Assembly: GCF_009914755.1 (NCBI RefSeq)
Contig: NC_060942.1
DNA length: 64,000 nucleotides
Strand: one strand, 5' to 3'
From: the human T2T-CHM13v2.0 reference genome, Homo sapiens
Shown: positions 34,735-52,556 of the stretch, piece after piece
Layout of the letters: each line of letters starts with the position of its first letter
How positions within the stretch are numbered: the first letter of the stretch is position 1
The notes under the pieces: generated by a model
Seen by the model: only the letters and a program-made list of their open reading frames with translations
Databases searched by the model: none
What the model was told of the DNA's origin: nothing
Program-made: the position numbers and the translations under genes

Positions 34735-36760
34735 TAGTAGAGAAGGGGTTTCACCATATTGTCCAGGCTGGTCTCGAATCCCTGGGCTCAAGTGATCGCC
34801 TACGCTGGCCTCCCAAAGTGCTGGGATTACAGACATGAACTACCGCGCCTGGCCTAGGTTTGCCCTTTTAATAACTATATTATAATATTCGCATTAAAAG
34901 TTTATTAATAAAGCTATCCAAATTTTTGGACAAAAACAAAAATCAGACTATTTTAAAAGACCAAAAAAAAATACCCCAAAGTGAGCCCATTTCAACTGTC
35001 CTTAAGTGTGTGTCCACTATGTGTGTCCACTAGTGATACAGTGATTCATTCTGTAATAACAAAGAAATTGGACATAAAGGAGTTGGAAAAGAGCAAATCT
35101 GGCAAAGACCCTAAACACTTACATTAACACATAAAATCTGTTTCCTAGCTAAGAGCATCTTGCTGAGCTGTGCTCGGATGTGATGAGACAAAGGCCCTCA
35201 CATCTCCAGCCATCCTAGCCTCGAGCTGCCGGCAGCAGGATCTGAACACCACCCGATGTTTATGCCACCACCTGCAATGTAGAACAGTGAAAGATTCTAG
35301 AATTCATAACTCAAAGTCAATACAGCAGTGATTTACTTATTGGGAAACTGCTCTTAGTCAATTCTTCGCTGGATTTCCAGTATCTGCCCTTGTCCACTAC
35401 AGCTCAAGCAATGACAAACTGATGTGTGGCACTGCCTCTCTCATCATCTCTAATCCCCGGCTGGCAGAACCCCCAGCGTGTGAGAGAACTGCTGCTCTCC
35501 CGAATTCCCTAGGTCCCTCCTCAAGTCCTCAGTGTCCAGGAGGAAGAGGCTGCGAGATGGCTGGTACTAAAGCTACTCCACCTCCATCCCTGACCCCCAT
35601 GGAAGGTGGTTCAAGGTCAAGTCGCATCAGAATTCCCTGAGGGGCTTCTTTAAAAAGCCATTGCTGGACTTCACCCCATACCCATAGAATCAGAATCACA
35701 GATGCATTCTAGTAAGCACTCCAAGGGAGTCTTGTAATAACTAAAATATAACAACAGTTCCTAACTTCATGCCTCTCCTACTAAATAAGAAATAGCAAAA
35801 ATTAATAAATGGCAGGCCAGATAGTCTTTCCTTTCCTGAATATAAAATATGTCCTTACATCTGTTACTCTTTACTCAAAGGAGTTATTTTAACCCAGGCC
35901 TACTTTTTAGCATCTGTGAAAGAAAAGATAGCTTCAATGTTACTTTTACTCTTCATTAAAAGGAATAACCTCTCAAATTACTTATGGAAAATTAATATGG
36001 CAAATATTTTATTAACACCCTAGTATTTGTGCCCTTTGCCCTATTGCTACAGCTGCAAAACCCCAATAAAAGTCATCCTAAAATTGCTATGAGGAACCAC
36101 AGAAAAAGAATGAAATCTGGTTATAAAATAGTGTCCTACAACTTTTATTGTCAGCAAGTAAATGCCAAGACCACTCAGTGTACTAATATTAGAAATTCAG
36201 AGAACTAATTCTAACAAAGCATATTTCTATTTTCTCCTGATGTTTACTGCACCTCAATCACTGTAAGCTGTAAACCACATGACTCACAAAAAGCGTGGTG
36301 GGATAAAAAAACACACCCACAGAAAAGCAGGATTTCTCATGCTATGAACATGAAAGTCCTGCTTTATGCATACAACGAATAACTCAGGTACCAAAAAAAG
36401 ACGTCCTTTTAAATTAAGGATCCGCGCTCTCAATAAAACCTGCAAGTGCATTTTGTTCACTGAACTATAAGTTTGGGAAAAACGCCTTATCAACAGAAAT
36501 AATTAATTCATTTGAGAGGAGGGGGATCATAAACCCTTTAAAATATGAAAAACTACAAGAGCTCCCCGCAGAAAAAGGCGTGAAACGCCGGCACAGTCCC
36601 CGAGAGCGCTCGACCGCAGCGAGGGGAGGAATCGCCTGAACGACGGAGCCGCGGCCCCTCCTCGGGGAACAGCTCGCGCCCCCAGGCGACGCCGGCAGGG
36701 CAGAGGCGCGGGGCAGATGCGGAAGCACAGCCCGCAGAGCGGGAGAGTCCGGCGCGCTAC

Positions 36761-36913
36761 CTTCTCGGCGATGCTGTACAGGACCTCGTCCATCTTCATG
36801 CACGTAGGATCCCAGTCGTGGCCGAAGCGGATGACGACCACGCGGTCCTCCTCCGAGAGGATGGCCTGGTCCACCTGCCAGCCGTTGTGCAGGTGCGGGA
36901 GCATGTACGACAT
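36761..36913 (-). CDS. TXNL4A: TXNL4A coding exon 1 (MSYMLPHLHNGWQVDQAILSEEDRVVVIRFGHDWDPTCMKMDEVLYSIAEK); thioredoxin-like U5 snRNP protein DIM1
   Basis: Kozak-like GCCGCCATG, recognised DIM1 N-terminus, donor AAG|GTAGCG. Confidence 0.98.
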
Positions 36914-37101
36914 GGCGGCCCGCGCGCTCGCCGCCGCCCAAGGCGGGGCGCCAGGGAGGGCCCAGCGAGGTGGGCTCAGCCGGCCCCTCACTCCCCGGCC
37001 CCCGCCGCCCCCGGGCCCACGGACGAAATCCGGTCCCGCCCGCACCCGCAAACTCCGCTGGGACTGCCACCCGGCAGAACGTCTGGGCGCGCACGCACCG
37101 A

Positions 37102-37157
37102 CGCCGTGCGTGCTGACGGCATGCGCGCGCGCTAGCGCCGTGCGTGCTGACGGCATG
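37102..37157. promoter_or_regulatory. TXNL4A: Duplicated 22-bp promoter element (CGCCGTGCGTGCTGACGGCATG x2) with a 12-bp spacer
   Basis: Exact copies at 37102-37123 and 37136-37157. The 34-bp period equals the size of the known Burn-McKeown promoter deletions. Confidence 0.9.
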
Positions 37158-38233
37158 TGCGTATAGGCGCCGCGCGAACGTGTAGTTGGCCGGGTGGAGC
37201 GGCGGCGACCTGGGCACCGTGGAGCGCCGTTGGTTCCGTCATAGCAGCTGTCGGAGTGGGGGTTCCTCCCCAGCGTCCAGGCGGCCTGGTGGTCCTGAGA
37301 AGCCCCGGGCTCGCCGTGCCCTGCCCCCACGCTCCCGCCCCGAGGCCGCCCGCCGCCGCCCGGGCTGTCCTCCAGCCACGGATGGGGACGTCCAGAAAGG
37401 CCCGGAATGCCCGGCACTGCGGCTCGTTTTCTTCCTTTCTGGTGCTTGTTTCTGTGTGTTACTAAGACAGTTCATGTGTGTCATTTGTGAAATTTAATCA
37501 TAAAAATGTGTCGTTGTTGCCATACCCAACCACAGCAGAGTCGAGCAGCGGGGTAGGGAGGAAGCACTGGGCAGGCCGTCCTTGAGGAATGTCACCATCA
37601 GGCCGGCTGCTGAGCTGCCTGTTGTAACCTGAAACCAGGTTTTTTAATTTGTCTTTTTATAAAGAAAAAAAATTTTTTTTTGAGACGTGCAGTGACGTGA
37701 TTTTGGCCCACTGCAGCCTCCGCCTCCCGGGTTCAAGCGCTTCTCCTGCCTCCGCCTCCCCATAAGCTGGGACTACAAGGCGCCAGCCCGGCTAGTGTTT
37801 TTTTGTACTTAGTAGAGACGGGGTTTAACCATGTTGGCCAGGCTGGTCTTGAACTCCTGACCTCAAGTGATCTGCCCGCCTCGGCCTCCCAAAGCGCTGA
37901 AATTACAGGAAGAAGCCACCGCGCCCGACCTAAAGCCAGTTTTATTCCATAGCTTCAGCATAACTTCCACCTCCAGGACTGATCTGGCCCCCTGGCTTCG
38001 CTCACCAGTCAGAGCTCCCCAAACCCTTACTAGTGCCAGTGAACTTTCTCAAAGAGAAATAAGTTAATATTTCTCTTTTTAAAATAAAACCTCTAACCTC
38101 TGTTCTTCTGAGAGAGCACTTTGGGTTCATGCTGGAGACTCCCTGGTTTGCAAACTGATATTGATAGTAAAACTCTTGTCTACTATCTAGCTATCCTGGT
38201 GGTCCTTTAGATGACAAATTTAAAACAAATCAC

Positions 38234-38531
<298 letters not shown>

Positions 38532-39343
38532 TCACTATGCAGATGCTGTGGTGTCTCTCAGATGGGCTGTGGCATGGTGAGAACTACAGTCTGAAGAGCC
38601 TGCTGGCATGGGGATTGAAATGGGTTCCATGTTTGGTTTCCTCTGGGACACAGCACCATAAGGTGCTTTGATAATATGCACCCACAATTTAAATACTAGA
38701 ATCACAAGTGCAGCTCACTGCCAGATTAAGCTTTTTACATAATACAGAATATTTCCCAATTATATACGAAATGCTTTATTGTAATGAAACAATTTCAGGT
38801 TGGTAGGATATTAGAGATCATCTAAATCTCTTTCATTTTATAATTGAGTAAAGCAGAGGCACAGAATATAAGCATAGTGGTTAACAGTGAGGGTTTTAGT
38901 TACATAAAGGCGTGTTCAGGTTCATCTGTGCCTTGCATAAGTTATCTCAACAAACTTCAGTTTCCTCATCCATGAGATGGGATGATAAAACAAAATCTCC
39001 TGTACTTCATTGGCACCAGGTACACACTGGAGAAATCTGAGCCCTTACTAAGGTCAGGCTATTGCCTTCTAAAAAATTCCTTACCGTCATTTTGGTAGTC
39101 ACTCATTTCAGATACAAACACAGTTGCTTAACACATCACAAGCATTTTATTCACAGGAGAGTTGTTCCAAGCTAAGGCATAAGACTCAAATGTCCCCAAA
39201 TAATTTATTGAAACTCATTTTTTATTGTGTTACTTATAACAAGATTTATCGCCTTAATTTTTAAGGACATTAAGTACATTCATATTATGCAACCATCACC
39301 ACTATCCATCTCCAGATAAATCTTTTCTTTAATAAAAACTTTT

Positions 39344-39751
<408 letters not shown>

Positions 39752-40297
39752 TTATCACCCCGAAAAGAAAACCTATACCCATTAACAGTCATTTCCCATT
39801 TCCCTCCCATTCCCTCAGCCCCTGGCAATCACTAATCTATTTTCTGCCTCTATAGATTTACCTATTCTAGACATTTCATATAGATGGAAACACAAAATGT
39901 GGAGTCGTTTGTGACTGCTTTCATTTAACATAATGTTCTCAAGGTCCATATTGTAGCAGACATCAACAGCTAGTTCTTTTTAATTGCTGATGAATATTTC
40001 ATTAAATAAAACAAAAAATTAGAAACTATTCCATTATATGGATATACTACATTTTATCCATCAGTTGATTGACATTTGGGTTGTTTGCATTTTTTTACTA
40101 TTATGAGTAATGCTGCTATGAACATTCATGTACAAGCTTTTGTGTGGACTTAAGTTTTCATGTGGTAACTGTTTAACATTTTTAAGTATTGCTAAATTGT
40201 TTTCCAAATTGGCTACACCATTTTACATTCTCACCAGGAATGTGTGAGGGTTTCAGTTTTTCCACATTCTTGCCCATGCTTGTTATTTATGTACCTC

Positions 40298-40715
40298 GTG
40301 AACCCCAAAAATCTGAGACAGGTCTCAATTAATTTAGAAAGTTTATTTTTCCAAGGTTGAGGATGCATCCATGACACTGCCTCAGGAGGTCCTGATGATA
40401 TGTGCCCGAGGTGGTCGGGGCACAGCTTAGTTTTATACATTTTAGGGAGGCATGAGACATCAATCAATATATGTAAGAAGAACATTGGTTCAGTCTGGAA
40501 AGGCGGGACAACTTGAAGCAAGGACAGGAAGACTCAAAGCGGGAAGGGGGCTTCCAGGTCACAGATATGTGAGAGATGAACAGTTGCATTCTTGTGAGTT
40601 TCTGATCAGCCTTTCCAAAGGAGACAGTCAGCTGTGCATCTGTCTCAGTGAGCAGAGGGATGACTGACTAGAATGGGAGGCAGGTTGAAGGGACCCAAGA
40701 TACTTTCCTTTCACA
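40298..40715 (-). mobile_element. MER4A-like ERV1 solo LTR
   Basis: 'aatctgagacaggtctcaattaatttagaaagtttattt...cctcaggaggtcctga', ending in TTTCACA. Confidence 0.8.
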
Positions 40716-41013
40716 GCCTTGTATTATGGTCATACTGGTAGGTATAAAATGATAAGGTGGTTTTCATTTGCCTTTTCCTAATGGTTAGTGACTGTTCCTC
40801 AGTGGCCAGGCCTATACAAATCTGCCCCAAAGTCAGAGGAAGCTGAGACGCCAAAGAAAGGGACTGGCAAATCTAGTTCTTTAGAGAGAAACATTTAATA
40901 GGGACTTATGTACAGAAGCCACATCTGTGTCTCTGGCAGTGGTGAGACAAGGTGGTGGTTTCCCAACCATCACCCCCGGGCCCAGGGCCTTCCCAGACCC
41001 AGGGCTTACATAC

Positions 41014-41645
41014 TGTGAAAGGAAAATAAATCTTGTGACCCCAAACTCATTAAGCCAAAGGGAAAAGTTAAGCTGGGAACTGGGTCAGGCAAACCTGCCT
41101 CCCCTTTTGGTTCCTAAATAAGAGGGCTGCAAGATGATAACCTACACGCCTCCCCCATATTTTGCCCACAAGGAAATTCCTGGTGAGCTCCAAGATTTCT
41201 GCCCTAAGGTGTTCCTGTTAAAATTTCGCCATGGTAATGTAAATCGATAGCTTGTCTTTACAGGTGCAGTCATCCCCCTGCCTACCAGATACAAATGCAT
41301 ATCTGATTGTTCCCCTGCCTTTTTGTTATGTTTTGTCTATGTTACCTTATGTAATAATGCAGATTCCTCTGCCCCATTTGTCTGTCATCTTATGTAAAAA
41401 AAAAAAAAAAAAAAAAAAAAAATGCAGATTCACTGAACCAAAGGCATGAATGACTATTTTTCCCTACCCTCCTCTTATGTGAAATTTGTGTACTTCTCAA
41501 TATCCCACCCTTTCCCCTTTAAATTTGGAGCCCTCAAAATAATCTTTGGAGAAAGGCATAGACTTGTCTCCCAGGCACGAGTCCTTATCTTTGGCAGATA
41601 AGCCTCCTGGAATGAGACTGGTCTCATCATTTTTTTCGACTGACA
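41014..41645 (+). mobile_element. MER4-family LTR; 5' LTR of the provirus below
   Basis: TG...CA termini (TGTGAAAGGAAAATAAATC...GACTGACA), directly followed by a PBS. Confidence 0.8.
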
Positions 41646-41647
41646 TG

Positions 41648-41664
41648 TGGTAACCACTAAGGGA
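41648..41664 (+). promoter_or_regulatory. Retroviral primer-binding site, tRNA-Arg type
   Basis: TGGTAACCACTAAGGGA 2 nt after the LTR end. One mismatch to the complement of the tRNA-Arg(TCG) 3' end as recalled (TGGTAACCACGAAGGGA). Confidence 0.75.
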
Positions 41665-42864
41665 ACCTGGGCGAAGGTGGCCCAGCCTGCAGCAGCTCTC
41701 CTATTGGTGCTTGGTACTGGTCTGGGCACCTTGTAGCCTAAACTGGTAGGACAATTTGCTGAAGTCTCGGACCTCTTTTTTCCAGGGATCCCTGATCTTC
41801 CAGTGTTTTTCAGTTGGGGGTCAGAGGTTTATTTGCTGTTTAAAAAAAAAAAATCTCCTTTTTTCCTGGAATTTCCACTCACTTCCATCAAGGAAGGCAG
41901 CCTGTCTGCTGCTGCATCTGTGGAGAGCACTTTTCAGCTTGGGCTCCTATCACTAGGTAAGGAATTGGTTTGGGATTTTGTCTTGCAAATTCTTTTTAAA
42001 TGACTAAAGTTAGCATGAACAACCCACTGGTGTTAATTTCTGCTTACACTTGAGTGCTCAGAAGTCATATAATTTGCGTGATCACTGTTAGTTTTGCTTA
42101 GCTGTTTTGTTGTTTCCGTCTTGTTGGGTTGTGTGTGTTGGGTTGTGTGTGTGTTTCAGTCCTTTCAGCTACCGGATTTGACCAACTCCAAACCCTCTAG
42201 CTTATGAGTGTGGAATTTTCTAAAGAAATAAGAGCACTTTACTCCCCTCAGCCTTTCGGGGCATTCTTAGGCAACTGAGAATCGCGTGAGGGTGTCTGGG
42301 AGGAAAGCACCTTAAGACGTGCAACAGCTCTGAGCTGGTTTTCTCCCCAGAAAAACATGCTTAAGGTCTAATCTCATCTGGTAGGTGCATATAAGGAGCT
42401 GACCCTTCCCACACCTGGAGCCCCTGACACACTTTACCAGGTAGCCGCGACAAGCGTGGACTGAACTGGTTCAAGGAATAATGGCCCTGAAGAGCCAGGT
42501 CCCCAGGCAGCACACTTTGGGTCTCACACACATCCCAACTTGGTTGAATCCGAAGGGGAACTTTAAATTATGGGGAATGAGGCCTCTAAATTAGCTAAAA
42601 CCCCAGCAGCTGAGGAACATAAAGTTCCACCTTTAGAAACTCCGGCCAGGTACATGCAAAATACTTACGGCAAATTGTCATGCAAATATTTAACCAAGTG
42701 GACCACTATAACCAAAGTAGTTCTAAGTTACAATGGCCTAAATGGGGATCTTTTGAGATGCCCAATTTAGTGTACCCGCGAACCAGAATGGAAAACGCGG
42801 GCACAAAAACTAAGAAACCGGAATGGGAGAGCTACTTTCTTGGTACCTGGAGAGTAGCCAGCGG

Positions 42865-43267
42865 GGGGAAAGATCACCTCACCTCCCTACAGGAAGCCGA
42901 CAACTTAGAACTGCCAATCGAGAACTCTCTAATCATTTATCTCTCTTAAAGAAATCCTCCCAGGGGAAAGATCACCTCATCTCCCTATAGGAGGCCAACA
43001 AACAACTCAGAACTGCCAATCGAGAACTCTCTAATCGTTTTATCTCTCTTAAAGCAATCCTCCCAGGGGAAAGATCACCTCATCTCCCTACAGGAGGCCA
43101 ACAAACAACTCAGAACTGCCAATCGAGAACTCTCTAATCGTTTATCTCTCTTAAAGAAATCCTCCCAGGGGAAAGATCACCTCATCTCCCTACAGGAGGC
43201 CAACAAACAACTCAGAACTGCCAATCGAGAACTCTCTAATCGTTTCTCTCTCTTAAAGAAATCCTCC
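42865..43267 (+). repeat. 102-bp tandem repeat, 4 copies, inside gag
   Basis: CAGGGGAAAGATCACCTC at 42961, 43064 and 43166, plus a diverged first copy. Confidence 0.93.
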
Positions 43268-44340
43268 AAATCCCTTACTTCCCCCTTAGTGCCTCCCCTA
43301 CCTCCACCTACACCCCCACTCTACCCCTAACCCTCTGGACTTCCTGGACCAGACCTCTCCCGTCCTTTTCCTTCAGGTTCCAATCTACCCTATTCTCCTC
43401 CTTGCCTGCCACTCACTGAACCGAAGGCAGTAGGGAATCTAACTTCCAAGACCCTACTTCCTGCCGATTCTCTGGTATCGCCAGTGGCAGCCTCTCATCT
43501 GGAAGACATGGAAAAGGGGACACCATAGGGACTCCTCTCATGATCAACCCGTTTCGGGAACAACTGTTAACAGTTAGGGGAACCCCTGTGATTGTCTGTC
43601 AACCCTGGTTAATGGCTGAGTTGCGAGGCATAAAGAATTTCCTGCCTCCCGTAAAGATCCAATTGGGTTTGCTCAAGAGTTTGAGCTCATTATCAGAACC
43701 TATGACCCGGGTCATTCAGACCTTTATCAGCTGGTCCACATACTGGTCTCAGAAGCTAAAGCTAAGTGGCTGGAAAAGGCACAGTGGTCAGACATTGTAG
43801 CAGACCTGATCTCTAAAGGCCCAGGAAGGCCAAATCAGCCAGCCCCAAATCCTGAAGACAGACGCAGAGATGCTCGTGAACGATGACTGTTCTGTTAAAT
43901 AGCATTCCTTCAGTGTCCCGGAGGGTCGTGGATTGGAGGAAAATCCAGCAATGCTGCCAGAGCACAAAGGAATCCGTTTTAGATTATTTCACACGTTTTG
44001 ATAAAACTTTTAGACAATATTGCAGGATGTCAGCTGATTGCTATGAAAACAATAAAAATGCTACAATATTAAATGCAAATTTATTAGACTAGGTGATGAT
44101 TTAGCCACCCTTAGAAAATGCCACATGATAAATTGGGCCACAGCCAGAACTAATGAACTAGTTAGCTGACCAGTTATCCTGCACTGTGATAAAAAGGAAA
44201 AACAGAAGATTGCCCAAGTTATGCGTTTACAGTTAAAGCAATTAACTTTTCAAACCTCTCAGCCCCAGAAAGATTTTAAGCTCATAGGTCTGAGGACTCT
44301 TCCCTCCCAGTCTGTTACTAGTGTAAAAGACCAGGACACC

Positions 44341-48253
<3,913 letters not shown>

Positions 48254-50716
48254 TGATATAGTTTGGCTGTGTCCCCACCCAAATCTTACCTTACATTGTA
48301 GCTCCCACAATTCTCACATGTTGTGGGAGGGACCCAGTGGGAGATAATTGAATCACGGGGGCAGTTTCCCTCATGCTGTTCTCATGGTAGTGAGTAAGTC
48401 TCATGAGATCTGATGACTTTATAAGGGGAAACCCCTTTTGCTTGGCTCCCATTCTCTCTTGCTTGCTGCCATGTAAGATATGCCTTTCCCCTTCCACCAT
48501 GATTGTGAGGCCTCCCCAGCCATGTGAAACTGTGAGTCCATTAAACCTCTTTTTCTTGATAAATTACCCAGTCTTGGGTGTGTCTTCATCAGTAGTGTGA
48601 AAACGGAGTAATACAGTAAATTGGTACCAGCAGAGTGTGGTGGTGTTGTAAAGATACCCAAAAATGTGGAAGTAACTTTGGAACTGGGTAACAGGTAGAG
48701 GTCGGAACAGTTTGGAGGGCTCAGAAGAAGACAGGAACATGTGGGAAAGTTTGGAACTCCCTAGAGACTTGTTGAATGGATTTGACCAAAATGCTGATAA
48801 TGATATGGACAATGAAATCCAGGCTGAGGTGGTCTCAGATGGAGAGAAGGAACTTGTTGGGAACTAGAATAAAGGTGACTCTTGCTATGTTTTAGGAAAG
48901 AGAATGGTGGCATTTTGCCCCTGCCCTAGACATCTGTGAAACTTTGAACTTGAGGGAGATGATTTAGGTATCTGGCAGGAAATTTCTAAGCAAAGAAAAG
49001 CATTCAAGAGGTGGCTTGGGTGCTGTTAATAAGATTAAGTTTTTGAAGGGAAACAGCATAAAAGTTTAGAAAATGTGCAGTCTGACGATGAGATAGAAAA
49101 GGAAAACCCATTTTCTGTGGAGAAATTCAAGACAGTTGCAGAAATTTGCATAAGTAATGAGGAGCCAAATTTTTTGTTTGTTTGTTTTGTTTTTTTGAGA
49201 TGGGAGTCTCCCTCTGTCGCCCAGGCTGGAGTGCAGTGGCATGATCTCGGCTCACCACACCCTCCCTTCCTGGGTTCAAGCAATTCTCCTGCCTCAGCCT
49301 CCTGAGTGGCTGGGATTACAGGCGCCTGACTCCACTCCCAGCTAATTTTTGTATTTTTAGTAGAGACGGGGTTTCACCATGTTGGCCAGGCTGGTCTTGA
49401 ACTCCTGATCTCAAGTGATCTGCCTGCCTTGGCCTCCCAAAGTGCTGGAATTACAGGCGTGAGCAAGGAGCCAAATGTTAGTCACCAAGACAATGAGAAA
49501 ATGTCTCCAGGGCATGTCAGAGACATTCGTGGCAGCCCCTCCCATCACAGGCCTGGAGGCCTAGTAGGAAAAAATGTTTTTTGGTGCCTGGCCCAGGGCC
49601 CCCCTGCTGTGTGCAGTCTAGTAAGGACTTGGTGCCCTGTGTCCCAGCCACTCTAGCAATGGCTAAAAGGGGCCAAGGTATAGCTTGGGTTGTGGCTTCA
49701 AAGAATGGAAGCTCTAAGCCTTGGCAGCTTCCACGTGATGTGGAGCCTGTGGGTGCACAGAAGTCAAGAATTGAGGTTTGGGAACCTCTGCCTAGATTTC
49801 AGAGGATATATGGAAATGCCTGGACGTCCAGGCAGGAGTTTGCTGCAGGGCTGGGGCCCTCATGGAGAACCTCTGCTAGGGCAGTGCAGAAGAAAAATGT
49901 GAGGTTGAAGCCCCCACACAGAGTCCTCACTAGGGCACTGCCTAGTGGAGTTGTGAGAAGAGGGCCACTGTCCTCCAAACCCCACACTGGTAGATCCATC
50001 AACAGCTTGCTCTGTGGCCCTGGAAGAGCCACAGACACTCAACTCCAGCCCATGAAAGCAGCCAAGAGTGGGGTATACCCTGCAAAGCCACAGGGCAGAA
50101 CTGCCCAAGGCCATGGAAACCCACCTTTTGCATCAGTGTGACCCGGATGTGAGACATGGTGTCAAAGGAGGTCATTTTGGAACTTTAAAGTTTAATGACT
50201 GCCCCACTGGATTTCGGACTTGCATGGGCCTTTAGTCCCTTCGTTTTGGCTAATTTCTCTAATTTCGAATGGCTGTATTTACCCAATGACTATACCCCCA
50301 TTGTATCTAGGAAGTAACTAACTTACTTTTGATTTTACAGGCTCATAGGCAGAAGGGACTTGCTGTGTCCCAGATGAGAGTTTGGACTGTGAACTTTTGA
50401 GTTAATGCTAAAAGGACTTTGGGGGACTGTTGGGAAGGCATTATTGCTTTTGAAATATGAGGACATGAGATTTGGGAGGGGCCAGGGATGCAATGGTATT
50501 GTTTGGCTGTGTCCCCACCCAAATCTCATCTTGAATTATGGCTTTCATAATTTCCATGTGTTTTGGGAGGGATCTGGAGGGAGATAATTGAATTAGGGGG
50601 GCAGTTTTTCCCCATACTTTTCTCCTGGTAGTGAACAAATCTCACAAGATCTGATGGTTTTATAATGGGAAACCCTTTCATGTGGCTCTCATTCTCTCTT
50701 GCCTGCTACCATGTGA
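48254..50716 (+). mobile_element. THE1 MaLR element: LTR 48254-48615, internal region with an Alu at ~49170-49465, truncated 3' LTR from ~50494
   Basis: 'gtttggctgtgtccccacccaaatct' occurs twice. THE1-int text such as 'gtggaagtaactttggaactgggtaacagg'. Confidence 0.9.
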
Positions 50717-52201
50717 CTGAAGAAGCCTCACAAAACATGCAAACAGTACAGATTTCAACAATCCTGAACCAGCAAACAGATGGTCAAGGAATCTGCAAGC
50801 CCTGTGGCACATCTTAATCCGTTAGGTCCTCGTGTCTAGGTGCATGCTGATGAGAATATGTTCCACCAAATCCAGGCTGCCCTCCTAGGGTGATGGGAAA
50901 GCAGAGGGGTTAAGTATGGCACAATCCACAGTTCAGTTCACCAAGTAAGGATGTGAGTAAAATGCTAAAAACAAAAAAGCCACTGAAGAGTTGCTTATAG
51001 AGTCCAAACTCATGTAGAAAAGGCCGTGTCCCTCAAGGCTTTCATTGTCACCAACAAATCTGGTATTGAGATTGCCAAGAATGATTACTCAGCCATTAAT
51101 TTTGCAGAGTAAGAAGAACCAATTTTTAAAATGAGGCTGGGTGTATGGCAGCTCTGAGCATGCCCATATTTAGTATGAAAATGGATGGCACCCCCATTCT
51201 AGGAAATCTCCGCCTTTTCCCTAGAAAACCACATGATTATTCCACCCCCTAATTAGAAGAGCACATAAAGTTAGAAACCCAAACTCCTTTGTGCATGACC
51301 TCTGTCCTAAGTGTGAGCTTTCGCTTTGCAATCAAAGCTCCTGGCTTTTCACTTCACGGACTCGGCCCTGAATTCTTTCTCACTGTGGTGCCAAAAACCT
51401 GGACACCAGCTGTGGCTGGCATCCCACAGGCATCGGTAGACCCTCTTGAACCCTCCAGCAACAGGTGAGGGACAGGAAGATGGCAGGGAGGGAGGCCAGG
51501 ATGTCCTCAGGTGAGTCCAAGTAGGAAGGCCCACTGCTGGGAAGGGGGCCTGTTGTCCAGTTGGTCACCCTTGAGCTGTCCTGGGAGATGGGTGTGTCTG
51601 TCCAGCTTCAGCCTGGCCAAGCTTACGCACTGAGTGCGGCTTTCTCTGCTGTCTTGGCTCCTGGGTGGTCATCATCATATGTCATCCTCTGTGGATGACA
51701 TTTCCTCAAGTCCAGCGCTGGGTGGCTAGGATAGGCCTAGGATGTCCATCCAGCTGGCTACATCCTCAAGAGCTCATGGGCCCAGCAATGGCCTGAGGAG
51801 TACTTCAAGGTGTGTCCAGCACAGGTCCTGTGCAGTGTGACACCCCACCAGGTGACTTCAGGGTGTGTGCCTGCTGCCTGGACCCAGAGGGCAAGCATGT
51901 GAAATCACAGCTCTCTCTTTGGGAACAAAAGGAGAAGCAGTTTTTGCATGACTTAGTTCCCAAGCTTAGTTTTCCTTTGGAATTGTGAGTTTGGGGTCTT
52001 GAAATTCTATTTTCCTTCCACAGCTTCTTTCTCTTCCCTTTTCCTTGTCTCTTCAGTTATAATTTTTTTGTTGTTGTTAATATTAACTGTCAGGAATTTC
52101 TGTTTCCAGAACCTGGCTGATTACATGGTCAGTGATTCCTAGGGCAGCAGGAGAAATATTTTAAAAGCTACTTTTAAGAAGCATTATTTTATTGGAGATG
52201 G

Positions 52202-52556
52202 TGTATTTGTTCATTCTCATGCTGCTATGAAAAAACACCTGAGAATAGGTAATTCATAAAGGAAAGGGGTTTAAGTGACTCACGGTTCCACATTGCTGGG
52301 GAGGCCTCAGGAAATTTACAATCAATGCAGAAGGCAGGTACCCTCTCCACAGGGCTGCAGGATGCAATGAATGCAAGCAGGGCAAATGCCAGACGCTTAA
52401 CAAAACCATCAGATCCCGTGAGACTCACTCACTATCACAACAGCACGGGGAAAACCACCCCCACGATCCGGTCACCTCCGCTTGGTCCTGCTCTTGACAC
52501 ATGGGGATTACAATTCAAGATGAGATTTTGGGTGGGGACACAGCCAGACCATGTCA
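52202..52556 (-). mobile_element. THE1-type solo LTR
   Basis: 'attctcatgctgctatgaa...gagattttgggtggggacacagccagaccatgtca'. Confidence 0.85.

Larger units (their letters stand above)
36560..37430 (-). promoter_or_regulatory. TXNL4A: TXNL4A CpG-island promoter and exon 1
   Basis: High CpG density around the start codon, with GC boxes and an ETS-like CCGGATTT on -. Confidence 0.9.

Noticed and set aside
36465-37497. 250-296-aa ORFs over the TXNL4A promoter
   Set aside because: GC-rich open frames with non-ATG or weak starts. The real CDS is 36761-36913.
49581-50141. 186-aa ORF and its 180-aa look-alike at 63045-63587 as a duplicated gene pair
   Set aside because: Both are THE1 internal sequence from independent insertions in opposite orientations.
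51920-52022. Possible 3' LTR of the 41-48 kb provirus
   Set aside because: This MER4-like end fragment is on the opposite strand, only ~100 bp long and clearly diverged from the 5' LTR.
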